Of a stretch of DNA of 64,000 nt, positions 7,247 to 16,786 are shown piece by piece. The stretch's first letter is position 1, and each line of letters begins with the position of its first letter. Under the pieces are notes generated by a model that saw nothing but the letters and a program-made list of their open reading frames with translations, was not told the DNA's origin and searched no databases. Origin of the DNA: an uncultured Bacilli bacterium. Lineage in GTDB: Bacteria; Bacillota_I; Bacilli_A; RF39; UBA660. The DNA lies in assembly GCA_934090795.1 (NCBI GenBank), contig CAKOJQ010000002.1, positions 13,250 to 77,249 on the forward strand, read 5' to 3'. Both the position numbers and the translations under genes were made by a program.

Positions 7247-8908
7247 ATGAATTTAAAAGATTATTTTGGATATTGTGATGATAACAATTTTGATATTGTT
7301 TCAAGATATATGAGAGAATTAAATATAGATTTAGAGCAAGTATATAATTTTAATTATCCTTTTTTTAAGGGAAATTATGAAAGAAATTTTGGAAATTTTT
7401 TGCAAAATAAAAAATTGAATTATGATTCCATGTCACCTAGTGATATTTTTAAGTATATTGCACCTTATTTTGAAAATATACCTAATTGGAATAATCCTGG
7501 TACTATGATAAACGTAATTCCACCAGTAAATTTAACATCTCTTGCTGTAACAAATATTGCAAATATGTATAATCCAAATTTTGCTCAAGATACTTATTCC
7601 GGTATGTTAATTACTTCTGAGTTGGAGGTATCTAAATATATAAGTGATTTAGTTGGATGGAATTATAAAAAATCGCATGGAACATTTACTTTTGGTGGTA
7701 AGGGAACAAATCTTTATGCTACAAAAGTTGCTTTAAATAAAGTTGATAAAAAAAGTACCGTTAATGGATTGGAAAGAAATAAATACTTTATGATAACTAG
7801 TAAAAATGGACATCCTTGTCATTATGAGGTTTGTAATTGGTTAGGAATAGGAACTTCTAATTGTTATGAAATAGAGTGTAATAAAGACGGCAAAATAAAT
7901 TTGGCATTTGTTGAAAAAATAATCGACGAAAATATAAAGAAAGGAAAATTATTTCTAGGATATAATTTAACTGCTGGTAGTACTAATGAACTTTTAGTTG
8001 ATGATATTAAAAAAATCTTTTATTTGAATAAAAAAATTGTAAAAAAATATAATTTAAGTTATATTCCTCACATTCATGCAGATGCAGTTTTGGGATGGGT
8101 TTACTTGTTTTTTAATACATATGATTTTGAAACTAATCCCTTGTGTATTGATGAAATTTCATTAAAAAAAATAAAAAGTTTAAATAAAAAAATTCAAGAA
8201 TTAAAATATGTAGATTCGATTGGCGTTGATTTTCATAAAACAGGGTTTTGTCCATATACATCAAGTATTATTTTATTTAAAAATAAAGATGATTATTTTA
8301 CACTTTGTGAAAATGACAATGTAGAATTAGATGACATTTGTTATGGAAATTATAATCCTTATCATTCTACATTGGAATTAACAAGACCGTCAATTGGGCC
8401 TGTAAGTGCTTTATGTTCATTAAAATCATTGGGTATATCTGGTTTTCAAAAAATAGTTGCGAATATGTTTAGCTGTTCAGAATATTTTAGGAAAAAGCTA
8501 TGTGAAAATCCTAAAATAAGCTTAATAAATGGTGAAACAGAAGGAATAGCTTCTTTATTTATAATTAAGCCTTTAAAATATAAAGAATTTGATATAAAAA
8601 AAGTAAAAAAATATTCAAATATAGAAATAGATGAGATAAAAAATTATAATATAAATTATGGAAAATATATTTTAAAAAAATCTATCAAAAATGAAATACA
8701 TTTTATTTTCACATCTTCAAGAAGTTATAAATTACCTGGCACAGAAATTAAAATAGGTGCACTTAAAACATACCCTATGTCTGTATATATGACTTTTGAT
8801 AAAGTAGATGAAATTATAAATGAAATAAATGCATCTATTGATAGCTATGAACAAGAAAAAATTAGTGACGAAAAACTAGAATTAGATGATAATATGGTGT
8901 ATAGATAA
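7247..8908 (+). CDS. PLP-dependent group II decarboxylase-like protein
   Basis: GGKGTNLYATK, HADAVLGW and DFHKTG (putative PLP-lysine) motifs. TAGGAG RBS. Starts 10 nt after the rel stop. Confidence 0.65.
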   Translation: MNLKDYFGYCDDNNFDIVSRYMRELNIDLEQVYNFNYPFFKGNYERNFGNFLQNKKLNYDSMSPSDIFKYIAPYFENIPNWNNPGTMINVIPPVNLTSLAVTNIANMYNPNFAQDTYSGMLITSELEVSKYISDLVGWNYKKSHGTFTFGGKGTNLYATKVALNKVDKKSTVNGLERNKYFMITSKNGHPCHYEVCNWLGIGTSNCYEIECNKDGKINLAFVEKIIDENIKKGKLFLGYNLTAGSTNELLVDDIKKIFYLNKKIVKKYNLSYIPHIHADAVLGWVYLFFNTYDFETNPLCIDEISLKKIKSLNKKIQELKYVDSIGVDFHKTGFCPYTSSIILFKNKDDYFTLCENDNVELDDICYGNYNPYHSTLELTRPSIGPVSALCSLKSLGISGFQKIVANMFSCSEYFRKKLCENPKISLINGETEGIASLFIIKPLKYKEFDIKKVKKYSNIEIDEIKNYNINYGKYILKKSIKNEIHFIFTSSRSYKLPGTEIKIGALKTYPMSVYMTFDKVDEIINEINASIDSYEQEKISDEKLELDDNMVYR

Positions 8909-8937
8909 AATGATAATTAATAAAAAGGATGATTAAT

Positions 8938-9759
8938 ATGGAAATAGAACAATTTAATGATGAAATACAAATAGTTAAACAATTATTAGATTCGTTAACA
9001 TCATTTAAATATGATTCAATAACTTTATATGGATCGGCATATAATAAAGAAACTTTTGAAAAAGATTTATCTGATATTGATATAATTGTAATGTCAAAAA
9101 AATTTAATGATTATAATCTTAATAGTATTGTTAACGAACTTAAAATAAAAAATATAAACTTTAGAGAAAAGTCTCCAAAAATTATAATTGATAATCTCTG
9201 CGCAAGAATTGAATTTTATGTCAAATTTGAAAAAATAAGTATTGATGTAACATTATGCGGAGGATTAATTCCAAATATTGATGAATTAATAAAAAATGCT
9301 TGGTATGATAGTTTTGAAGCATTAATGGGTGGAGTATATATTTATTCAAAAACTATTTATGGAATGATTCCGGATTATGAATTATTTAAGGAAAAATATT
9401 ATCCTTTTTATAATGATGAATTAAGAAAAAAAAGGTTAAAAATTTTATGTGAAAAATTAGAAATTTACAATAAAAAAATAGAGTATAATTACAATATTAA
9501 AAGTACTGAAACTATTGATATGTTAATAAAAGCAAGAAAATATTTTATTAAAATCCTATTTATATATTATAAAAAATATTATTGGTCACCTGAAAAACAT
9601 ATATATTATCAATTAAATAATTTTTTAAATCTTGATGAAGAAACTAAAAAAATATTAACATTTTCATGTGGAGATATATTTGAATGTTCAAAAAAGTATT
9701 TAAATGTATCAAAAATGTATTTATCTTTGATCAAAAAGGAAATTTTAGATAATTTTTAA
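8938..9759 (+). CDS. Nucleotidyltransferase-domain protein
   Basis: Minimal NTase motif LYGSAYN...LSDIDIIVMS. AAGGA RBS favours the ATG at 8938 over 8929. Confidence 0.55.
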   Translation: MEIEQFNDEIQIVKQLLDSLTSFKYDSITLYGSAYNKETFEKDLSDIDIIVMSKKFNDYNLNSIVNELKIKNINFREKSPKIIIDNLCARIEFYVKFEKISIDVTLCGGLIPNIDELIKNAWYDSFEALMGGVYIYSKTIYGMIPDYELFKEKYYPFYNDELRKKRLKILCEKLEIYNKKIEYNYNIKSTETIDMLIKARKYFIKILFIYYKKYYWSPEKHIYYQLNNFLNLDEETKKILTFSCGDIFECSKKYLNVSKMYLSLIKKEILDNF

Positions 9760-9799
9760 AATAATTAGTGAAGAATAAAATATGATAATTTTTAAATTA

Positions 9800-9829
9800 T
9801 TAACAAATTATTAATGTATATGTTATAAT
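9800..9829 (+). promoter_or_regulatory. Probable leuS promoter
   Basis: TTAACA, 18-nt spacer, TGtTATAAT (extended -10). Confidence 0.5.
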
Positions 9830-9871
9830 AAAATCATTAGATGAAATGCAATTACGAAGGAGTTGATTGTT

Positions 9872-12295
9872 ATGTACAATTTTAAAGAAGTAGAGGAAAA
9901 ATGGGAAAAGAGATGGGATGAAGAAAAAAGTTTTAAAGCTATAGATTTTCATCCAACTAAGCCTAAATATTATGTGTTATATGAATTTTTTAATATAAGT
10001 GGAAATTTACATATGGGTCATTTAAAAGGTTCTGTTCCAGCGGATGCACTTGCTAGAATGAAAAGATTTCAAGGTTATAATGTCTTATTCCCAATAGGTG
10101 GTGATTCTTTTGGTTTACCTGCTGAAAATGCGGCAATTAAAACAGGAATAGATCCTAAAATATTTGTTACTAATGGAATGAAAAATGTTCTTGCTCAATC
10201 TAAAAGAATTGGTTTGTCATTTGATTATGATAGAGTGTTTGCAACTAGTGATGAAGATTATTATAAATGGACACAATGGATATTTTTACAATTTTTTAAA
10301 AATGGCAAAGCATATAAAAAGAAAGGCGTTGTAAACTTTTGTCCTAATTGTAAGACCGTACTTTCTAATGAAGATTCTCAAGGTGGAATTTGTGATAGAT
10401 GCCATGGCAAAGTAATTCAAGATGAAAGATGGGTATGGTTCTTAAAGATGAGAGAATACTCTGAAAAACTTCTTGGTAATGTTGATAGAATTAATATGAA
10501 TGAGAACTTGAAAGAACTTCAAAGAAATTGGATAGGTAAGAGTGAAGGATTAAAAGTATCATTTGAAATAGTTGATGAAAAAAATAATAAATTAACTGAT
10601 GCTGAAATATTTACTACTTGTCCTGAAACTATATATGGAATTACATTTATGGTTATGGCTCCTGAACATGAATTAATTAGTAAGTTAAAAGATAATATTA
10701 AAAATTATGAAGAAGTTAAAAAATATCAAGAAGAAACAAGATACAGAAGTGAACTTGATCGAATTAGTAATCAAAAAGAAAAGACTGGATGTATATTAGA
10801 TGGATTATATGCAATTAATCCAGTTAATGGAAGAAAAGTTCCAATTTATATTGCTGATTTTGTTTTAGCAGGATATGGTACGGGAATGGTTATGGCTGTT
10901 CCTACTCATGATCAAAGAGATTATGAATTTGCTAAAGAATTTAATATTCCAATGATTCAAGTCATAGAAGGCGATGTAAGTAATAACTCAGTTGAAAAGA
11001 TGGAATATTTAAATAATAATTATAAGATGATGAACTCTGATGAATTTAGTGGTTTACCGGTTAAAGAAGCTAAAGAAAAGATTGTTGATAAATTAGTAAA
11101 TACTCATGTTGGTGAAAAAGTTGTTAATTACAAAATGCAAGATTGGTCATTCAATAGACAAAGATACTGGGGAGAACCGTTCCCAATCGTATTCTGTGAT
11201 AAATGTGGAACTGTTCCAGTACCTGAAGAAGAATTGCCTGTTAGATTACCACAAACTGATGATTATATGGCAAGAGAAGATGGTGCATCTCCTTTATCTA
11301 AAATAGAAGATTGGGTAAATTGTAAATGTCCTAAGTGTGGCGGACCAGCAAAAAGAGAAACTGATACAATGCCTAACTGGGCTGGATCAAGTTGGTACTG
11401 GCTTAGATATTGTGATCCTAAAAATAATGAGAAATTAGCAGATTTTGATAAACTTAAGTATTGGGGAAGTGTTGATTGCTATACAGGTGGTACTGAACAT
11501 ATAACTAGACATGTACTATATGCATTCTTCTGGCAAAACTTCTTGTATGAAATAGGTGCTGTACCTTCAAGAGATCCATTCATAAGAAAAATGGGTAGTG
11601 GTTTAATTTTAGATGATACTGGAAAGAAAATGAGTAAGAGTTCTGCTAATGGTGTATCTCCTATGGAAGTTATTGATAAATATGGCTCAGATGTAGCAAG
11701 ACTTCATGTTCATTTCTTAGGTGGTTATGAAGATAATATAGCTTGGACATATGATGGAATAAATGGAATAGTTAACTTTATTAATAAAGTATGGGATTTA
11801 CAAAATATTGTAAAAGAAGATGAAGAATTATCAAGTGAACAAGAATATGACTTAAATTCACTTATTAAAAAAGTAACTGAAGATTTAGAAGATTTAAAAT
11901 TAAATACATCTATTGCAGCTTGCATGAGTTATCTTAAAAAAGTTAAGGAACGTGGATATATTACTAAGAGAGAATTAAAATCATTCTTAATTGTATTAAA
12001 CCCACTTGCACCTCATATAACTAGTGAGTTATTTGAAATCGTATTTAATAAAAATATAATTGAAGAATTATGGCCAAAATATGAAGAAAATAAATTAGTA
12101 AAAAACACCTTTAATTTAGTTGTTCAAGTTAATGGTAAGATTAGAGGAAAAATAGAAGTTACAACAGATACTCCAGAAGAAGAAATGTTTGAACTTGCTA
12201 AGTCTATTGATAATGTTAAAACATTTATAGATAATAAAGAAATAGTTAAAGTTATAACTGTTCCTAGGAAGTTAGTTAATATTGTTGTTAAATGA
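9872..12295 (+). CDS. leuS: Leucyl-tRNA synthetase
   Basis: HMGH (HIGH variant), KMSKS, CP1/editing region and Zn-finger-like CxxC pairs. GAAGGAG RBS. TGA stop. Confidence 0.95.
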   Translation: MYNFKEVEEKWEKRWDEEKSFKAIDFHPTKPKYYVLYEFFNISGNLHMGHLKGSVPADALARMKRFQGYNVLFPIGGDSFGLPAENAAIKTGIDPKIFVTNGMKNVLAQSKRIGLSFDYDRVFATSDEDYYKWTQWIFLQFFKNGKAYKKKGVVNFCPNCKTVLSNEDSQGGICDRCHGKVIQDERWVWFLKMREYSEKLLGNVDRINMNENLKELQRNWIGKSEGLKVSFEIVDEKNNKLTDAEIFTTCPETIYGITFMVMAPEHELISKLKDNIKNYEEVKKYQEETRYRSELDRISNQKEKTGCILDGLYAINPVNGRKVPIYIADFVLAGYGTGMVMAVPTHDQRDYEFAKEFNIPMIQVIEGDVSNNSVEKMEYLNNNYKMMNSDEFSGLPVKEAKEKIVDKLVNTHVGEKVVNYKMQDWSFNRQRYWGEPFPIVFCDKCGTVPVPEEELPVRLPQTDDYMAREDGASPLSKIEDWVNCKCPKCGGPAKRETDTMPNWAGSSWYWLRYCDPKNNEKLADFDKLKYWGSVDCYTGGTEHITRHVLYAFFWQNFLYEIGAVPSRDPFIRKMGSGLILDDTGKKMSKSSANGVSPMEVIDKYGSDVARLHVHFLGGYEDNIAWTYDGINGIVNFINKVWDLQNIVKEDEELSSEQEYDLNSLIKKVTEDLEDLKLNTSIAACMSYLKKVKERGYITKRELKSFLIVLNPLAPHITSELFEIVFNKNIIEELWPKYEENKLVKNTFNLVVQVNGKIRGKIEVTTDTPEEEMFELAKSIDNVKTFIDNKEIVKVITVPRKLVNIVVK

Positions 12296-12308
12296 GTATA
12301 ATAATTAA

Positions 12309-12332
12309 GGATAGCTTTGGCTGTTCTTTTTT
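12309..12332 (+). terminator. Rho-independent terminator after leuS
   Basis: Same hairpin as 5497..5520, with one loop substitution, plus a T-tract. Confidence 0.65.
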
Positions 12333-12385
12333 AGATAAAATCTTTTTATTTTTCGGAAAATCGCAAAATTTTGTTAAAAAAAGTA

Positions 12386-12413
12386 TTGACATAATAAATT
12401 TTAGTTGTAAAAT
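12386..12413 (+). promoter_or_regulatory. Sigma-A-type promoter of the small-ORF module (copy 2)
   Basis: TTGACA-16-TAAAAT, identical to copy 1. Confidence 0.6.
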
Positions 12414-12444
12414 ATTGATTAAATTTATTTAAAGGAGAAAAGGT

Positions 12445-12561
12445 ATGGCTAAAGTATTTAAAGAAATTAATTTTATTATTTCTAAAAATATCAATGTTAA
12501 ATACAATTGTGGTTTTAACTTTGGCTGCGCATGCCTTAATATCGAAAATAGTTGGCGTTAA
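12445..12561 (+). CDS. 38-aa small ORF, second copy (identical peptide)
   Basis: Same RBS and frame as copy 1. The only difference is synonymous: ATC instead of ATT at codon 33. Confidence 0.45.
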   Translation: MAKVFKEINFIISKNINVKYNCGFNFGCACLNIENSWR

Positions 12562-12592
12562 AGAGTGCTATTTTGCTCTTTGACGCCTTTTT
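12554..12592 (+). terminator. Strong terminator of module copy 2
   Basis: GGCGTTAAAGAG...CTCTTTGACGCC plus T5. Two 3'-arm substitutions relative to copy 1 turn wobble pairs into Watson-Crick pairs. Confidence 0.8.
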
Positions 12593-12677
12593 AATAAATG
12601 TATATCATAATTCATGCTCTATAAACAAAGAATTAGTATTATTTATAAAAAGTTTACAATAAAATAATTTTTTAATT

Positions 12678-12899
12678 TTGCTGATTTCATCTTCAAATAA
12701 GGAAAAAGTTAATAATGATTTAAAAAATATATCAGAATATATTTTATTTGATGAAATTTATACAAAAGAAAATTTTGAAAATTTTGATTTTGAAACAATT
12801 GAATGTTTTGATGGTGGACCGTATATTGAAAAAGATAATCAAGATAATTTTGCTTTTTATAAACAAACTTATTATATTGGAAAGAGAAAGGAAAGATAA
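12678..12899 (+). CDS. Hypothetical 73-aa ORF, possibly a gene remnant
   Basis: TTG start, no recognisable RBS, no internal Met. Ends 2 nt before the next gene. Weak support. Confidence 0.2.
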   Translation: MLISSSNKEKVNNDLKNISEYILFDEIYTKENFENFDFETIECFDGGPYIEKDNQDNFAFYKQTYYIGKRKER

Positions 12900-12901
12900 A
12901 A

Positions 12902-13561
12902 ATGAAAAATATAATATTATTAAGTGGGCCAGATAAAACAAAATATTTTAATGATGAAATTGTAAAAATAATTAAAGAAAATGCTAATAATCCTATTAAT
13001 ATGGTAGTTATACCAGCAGATTCTAATAATTATGTTAAAAATGATAGACAATTTAATGGTAATGAAACTGTAGTAGGAGTTTATAAAACTTTTAAAGAAA
13101 TATTTTCTGATTTAAATATTTCTTTATTAGATAACAGAGTTAATTTAGAGGACGGAATAAATAGTTTGAAAAATGCAGATATTATATATCTTCTTGGAGG
13201 AAATCCATTTATTCAATTAGAATACTTGAAAAAAAATAAATTTGATGATGTAATACGGAATACTTCTGCATTAGTTATTGGTGTAAGTGCCGGTTCAATG
13301 AATTTAGCAACAAATTCATATTATTCTAAAGATGAAGATTATCCAGAAAGTATAATTTATAAAGGATTAGGACTAACTGATATAACTATTGATCCGCACT
13401 TTGATATCAATAATGAAGAACAGGTAATTGAAATAAGAAAAAATTCAAAAGATATTAAAATTATTGGATTGCCAAATGATTCTGCAATAGTTATTTCAAA
13501 TAATGATATTAAATATATAGGAGATGTATATATTTTTGAAAATGGAAATTTGAATAGTTAA
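12902..13561 (+). CDS. Peptidase S51 (dipeptidase E / PepE-like), paralogue 1
   Basis: LLGGNPF, GVSAGSMNL (nucleophile Ser), IDPHFD and IIGLPNDS motifs, as in PepE. Confidence 0.8.
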   Translation: MKNIILLSGPDKTKYFNDEIVKIIKENANNPINMVVIPADSNNYVKNDRQFNGNETVVGVYKTFKEIFSDLNISLLDNRVNLEDGINSLKNADIIYLLGGNPFIQLEYLKKNKFDDVIRNTSALVIGVSAGSMNLATNSYYSKDEDYPESIIYKGLGLTDITIDPHFDINNEEQVIEIRKNSKDIKIIGLPNDSAIVISNNDIKYIGDVYIFENGNLNS

Positions 13562-13926
13562 AGAATATTAAATTGATTATCAAAAAAGAATTATTATAAA
13601 TAGTGTTCTTAATTGTAATGTAAGTTATCTGTCTATATTTATACAAACAAGAATTTTTTGGAAAATTGTTATTATCTTTTTTGTTGATACACTAAAGTAT
13701 AATTGTCCTCTACATGGTGGATTTGTACTAAGATTGGATAGATTAACAATGTTAATTACATGGACTGGTAATATTTGCGACGAAATTATATTTTTATAGT
13801 ATAAATTATTACATAACATGTTAGATGAAAGAAATATTCACAATTCAAAATTTGAAAGTATTGGTGACAAAATTAATGTTGGGTGTGGTCAAATGGCTGC
13901 TAATAAATTAGAGAGGATAAAGAAAA

Positions 13927-14610
13927 ATGTATAGTGTTTTATTTAGTAGAATTGAAATAGGAATGGATTTAGTTAGTGATAAATTAAAACAAATAATTCC
14001 AAATAATTCAAAAGTTGCGATTTTTCCTTGGGCATTTCCTGTTGAAATAGATGCTCAAAAATTGGATAATGAATTTTTTAAAAAAGGAGAAAAAAGATAT
14101 AATAGATATATAAATGAACTAAAAAAGATAGGCATAAATGAGAATGATATAACTGTGTGCAATTGTTATAGTGATTCAAAGGAAAAATTAAAAGAAATTA
14201 TAAAAAATTCTAATGTTATATTGTTACCTGGTGGTAATCCTGAAATGTTTTTTGGTAAAGTTGTTCATGATACGGAGATTCTTTATGATATAAAGCATTA
14301 TAAAGGAATTATAATTGGTGAAAGTGCTGGAACAGAATTACAATTAAAAAGATATTTTATAACAGCAAAAAATAATTTTTATAAGTATTTTTCATTTTAT
14401 GATGGTTTTGGAGTAATTGATGATCCGTTTTATATTGATGTACATACAATAAATAATTTAAGATATTTATCTAAATTACAAAAAGTTGCAAATGAAAAGG
14501 ATAAAAACGTCTATGCAATATATGATGATGGTGCAATGATTTATAATAGGGATACTGGAGAAATTGAGCTATTTGGTAATGTTAGAACTTTTAAACCAGA
14601 AAATAAGTAA
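13927..14610 (+). CDS. Peptidase S51 family, paralogue 2
   Basis: LPGGNPE and IIGESAGTEL motifs. GAGAGG RBS. Confidence 0.7.
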   Translation: MYSVLFSRIEIGMDLVSDKLKQIIPNNSKVAIFPWAFPVEIDAQKLDNEFFKKGEKRYNRYINELKKIGINENDITVCNCYSDSKEKLKEIIKNSNVILLPGGNPEMFFGKVVHDTEILYDIKHYKGIIIGESAGTELQLKRYFITAKNNFYKYFSFYDGFGVIDDPFYIDVHTINNLRYLSKLQKVANEKDKNVYAIYDDGAMIYNRDTGEIELFGNVRTFKPENK

Positions 14611-14649
14611 AATAGTGTTTTATAATGATTGTATTATTTGTGAGGAAAA

Positions 14650-15207
14650 ATGATAACAATAAAATTAATTGAAACATTAAAAACTAATAGATTAAATTTA
14701 AGAAGATTCTGTATTGATGATGCTGAAACATTATTTAATAATTGGGGAACTGATAAAGAAATTAGTAAATATATGTTATGGAAAAATTAAAAAACAGTAG
14801 ATGATACTATAAATAGCATTAACTATTATATTGAATGTTATGAAAATAATTCTAATTTTAGACAATATGCAATTGAATTAAATGATACAAATGAGTTAAT
14901 TGGCCAGATAAGTTTTACTATTAGCAAAAAACATGAAAGTGCTGAAATAGCATATTTAATTGCTCGACCATATCAAAATAAAGGGCTTATGAAAGAAGCA
15001 TTAAACACTATTATAGATTATTTAATTAATGGTCTAAATTGTACTAGAATAAGTGCTGAAGTTATGATTGAAAATATTTCTAGTATCAAATTATTAGAAA
15101 AAAATGGATTTGTACAAGAAGGAATTGAAAGATTAAAATATAAGAAAAAAGATGGAAAGTTTACTGATATAATTGTAATGAGTTTAATAGATGATAAGAG
15201 ATTATAA
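14650..15207 (+). pseudogene. GNAT (RimJ/RimL-type) N-acetyltransferase interrupted by an in-frame TAA
   Basis: One continuous frame: MITIKLIETLKTNRLNLRRF...LWKN*KTVDDT...QNKGLMKEALNTIIDYL...LLEKNGF. The TAA at 14788..14790 is the only interruption. The track shows only the 3' part (14989..15207). Confidence 0.7.
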
Positions 15208-15276
15208 TTTTATGAAATATAGAATTAAAATTTCTTATTTTCTTTATTGATTATTAAAATGAAATGAGGAATGATT

Positions 15277-16059
15277 ATGGTTAAAAAATTAATTGCAATT
15301 GGTGGCGGAGAAAATGGAAGATTACTGGAAGATGGAACTAAGTCTAAATATGAAACAAGATTAATGGATGAAGAAATTATTAGATTAACTAATAAGAAAA
15401 ATCCAAATTATTTGTTTATTGTTCATGCTATGAGTTTTTCGGAAGAAATAGAAGATAGTTATTATAATACTATGAAAAAAATTTATGGTGATATGTTTGG
15501 ATGTAATTGTAAATGTTTGAAAGCAAAAGATTTAACTAATAAAGATTATGTTAAAGAGTTAGTTGATTGGGCTGATATAATTTATGAAGGCGTTGGAGAC
15601 ACTAGGTTGATGTTAGATTTATGGAAAAAAACTGACTTTGATAAATTATTAAAAGATGCATGGTATAATGGCAAAGTTATTTGTGGAATATCAGCTGGTG
15701 CTGTTTGTTGGTTTAATTCATGTAATTCGGATACGGAATATGGTGGATTTGAAAGTATAAATTGTTTAGATTGGTTTGATTTATATGTTACACCACATGC
15801 TGATGAAGATGGAAGATATGAATCCAGTAAAAATCAGCTTAAGGATAATAAAAAAATAGGAATAATGCTTTCTAATTGTTCGGCTATAGAAATAATTGAC
15901 GATGATTATAGAATTATTTCGGAAAATGGTAATGAAAGAAATTTTGACAAAGGTTATGCTTTAAAATGTTTTTGGAAGGATAACAAATTTAATGAAATAA
16001 AACTAGATGATAGTAATGAATTTAAAAAAATAAGTGATTTATGTGAATTAGATATTTAA
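15277..16059 (+). CDS. Peptidase S51 family, paralogue 3 (divergent)
   Basis: IAIGGGENG and ICGISAGAVCW motifs. GAGGA RBS 6 nt before the ATG at 15277. Confidence 0.7.
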   Translation: MVKKLIAIGGGENGRLLEDGTKSKYETRLMDEEIIRLTNKKNPNYLFIVHAMSFSEEIEDSYYNTMKKIYGDMFGCNCKCLKAKDLTNKDYVKELVDWADIIYEGVGDTRLMLDLWKKTDFDKLLKDAWYNGKVICGISAGAVCWFNSCNSDTEYGGFESINCLDWFDLYVTPHADEDGRYESSKNQLKDNKKIGIMLSNCSAIEIIDDDYRIISENGNERNFDKGYALKCFWKDNKFNEIKLDDSNEFKKISDLCELDI

Positions 16060-16081
16060 AAATAAGGAGATGTTTTAAATT

Positions 16082-16762
16082 ATGAAGTTATTCTTATGTG
16101 GTGGCGGAAGTGGTAAACAAGTAATTGATGCTTATAAAGAATTTGAAAAATGTATTGATAAAAATAAACCTATTTTATATATACCACTAGCTATGGATGA
16201 AGAAAAATATAATAGTTGTTATGAATGGTTTAGCGAGGAAATTAAAAATTTTGGTGGTATGAAATTTGATATGGTTAGAAATTCTTTAGAGTTATCTAAT
16301 AAAGATTTTAATAAATATGCTGCTATATTTATAGGTGGTGGTAATACATTCAAATTATTAAAAGATTTAAAGGAACATTCTAATTGGGATAAAATTATAA
16401 ACTATTTAAATAATGATGGAGTTATTTTTGCTGGAAGTGCTGGTGCTATTGTATTTGGTAAGGATATAAATAGTGCTTTAATTGATGATGGAAATGATGT
16501 AAATATATGTGATTTAAGTGGATTTGATTATTTAAAAGATTATTCTATTTTGTGTCATTTAAAAGAATCTCATTTTAATAAAAATGAAGAATATTTAAAA
16601 AGGTATTCTAAAAAATTTAAAACTATATATATGCCAGAAGAAGATGTTATATTAATTTCTAATAATGAAATTAAAATGATAGGTAATAAGGATATCGTTA
16701 TATTTGATAATGATAAATATTGTTGGTGCACTTGTAAAGAATTTGAAATAATTTTTAAATAA
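16082..16762 (+). CDS. Peptidase S51 family, paralogue 4
   Basis: LFLCGGGSG, FIGGGNTFKLL and FAGSAGAIVFG motifs. Confidence 0.75.
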   Translation: MKLFLCGGGSGKQVIDAYKEFEKCIDKNKPILYIPLAMDEEKYNSCYEWFSEEIKNFGGMKFDMVRNSLELSNKDFNKYAAIFIGGGNTFKLLKDLKEHSNWDKIINYLNNDGVIFAGSAGAIVFGKDINSALIDDGNDVNICDLSGFDYLKDYSILCHLKESHFNKNEEYLKRYSKKFKTIYMPEEDVILISNNEIKMIGNKDIVIFDNDKYCWCTCKEFEIIFK

Positions 16763-16786
16763 TAAATATGTGTTAGGTGATAGATT

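Larger units (their letters stand above)
12302..12595. repeat. Dispersed repeat copy 2: terminator-promoter-small ORF-terminator module
   Basis: See copy 1. Starts 7 nt after the leuS stop codon. Confidence 0.9.

Noticed and set aside
9760-9871. T-box leaders upstream of leuS (9760..9871) and cysS (19198..19286)
   Set aside because: The leaders are only ~100 and ~90 nt long, too short for a T-box. I found no T-box consensus (AATTAGGGTGGTACCGCG-like) or specifier hairpin.
11106-11925. ORFs 11106..11306(+) and 11725..11925(-) inside leuS
   Set aside because: They are alternative-frame or antisense ORFs nested within a highly conserved aaRS gene.
12744-12941. ORFs 12744..12941(-) and 12748..12936(+)
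   Set aside because: They overlap each other, the 12678 ORF and the start of the S51 gene. They lack an RBS and are Ile/Lys/Phe-rich low-complexity sequence.
13625-13928. ORF 13625..13819(-) and an untracked 36-codon plus-strand frame at 13818..13928
   Set aside because: Neither has a Shine-Dalgarno sequence or a recognisable motif. The region is reported only as an unusual spacer.
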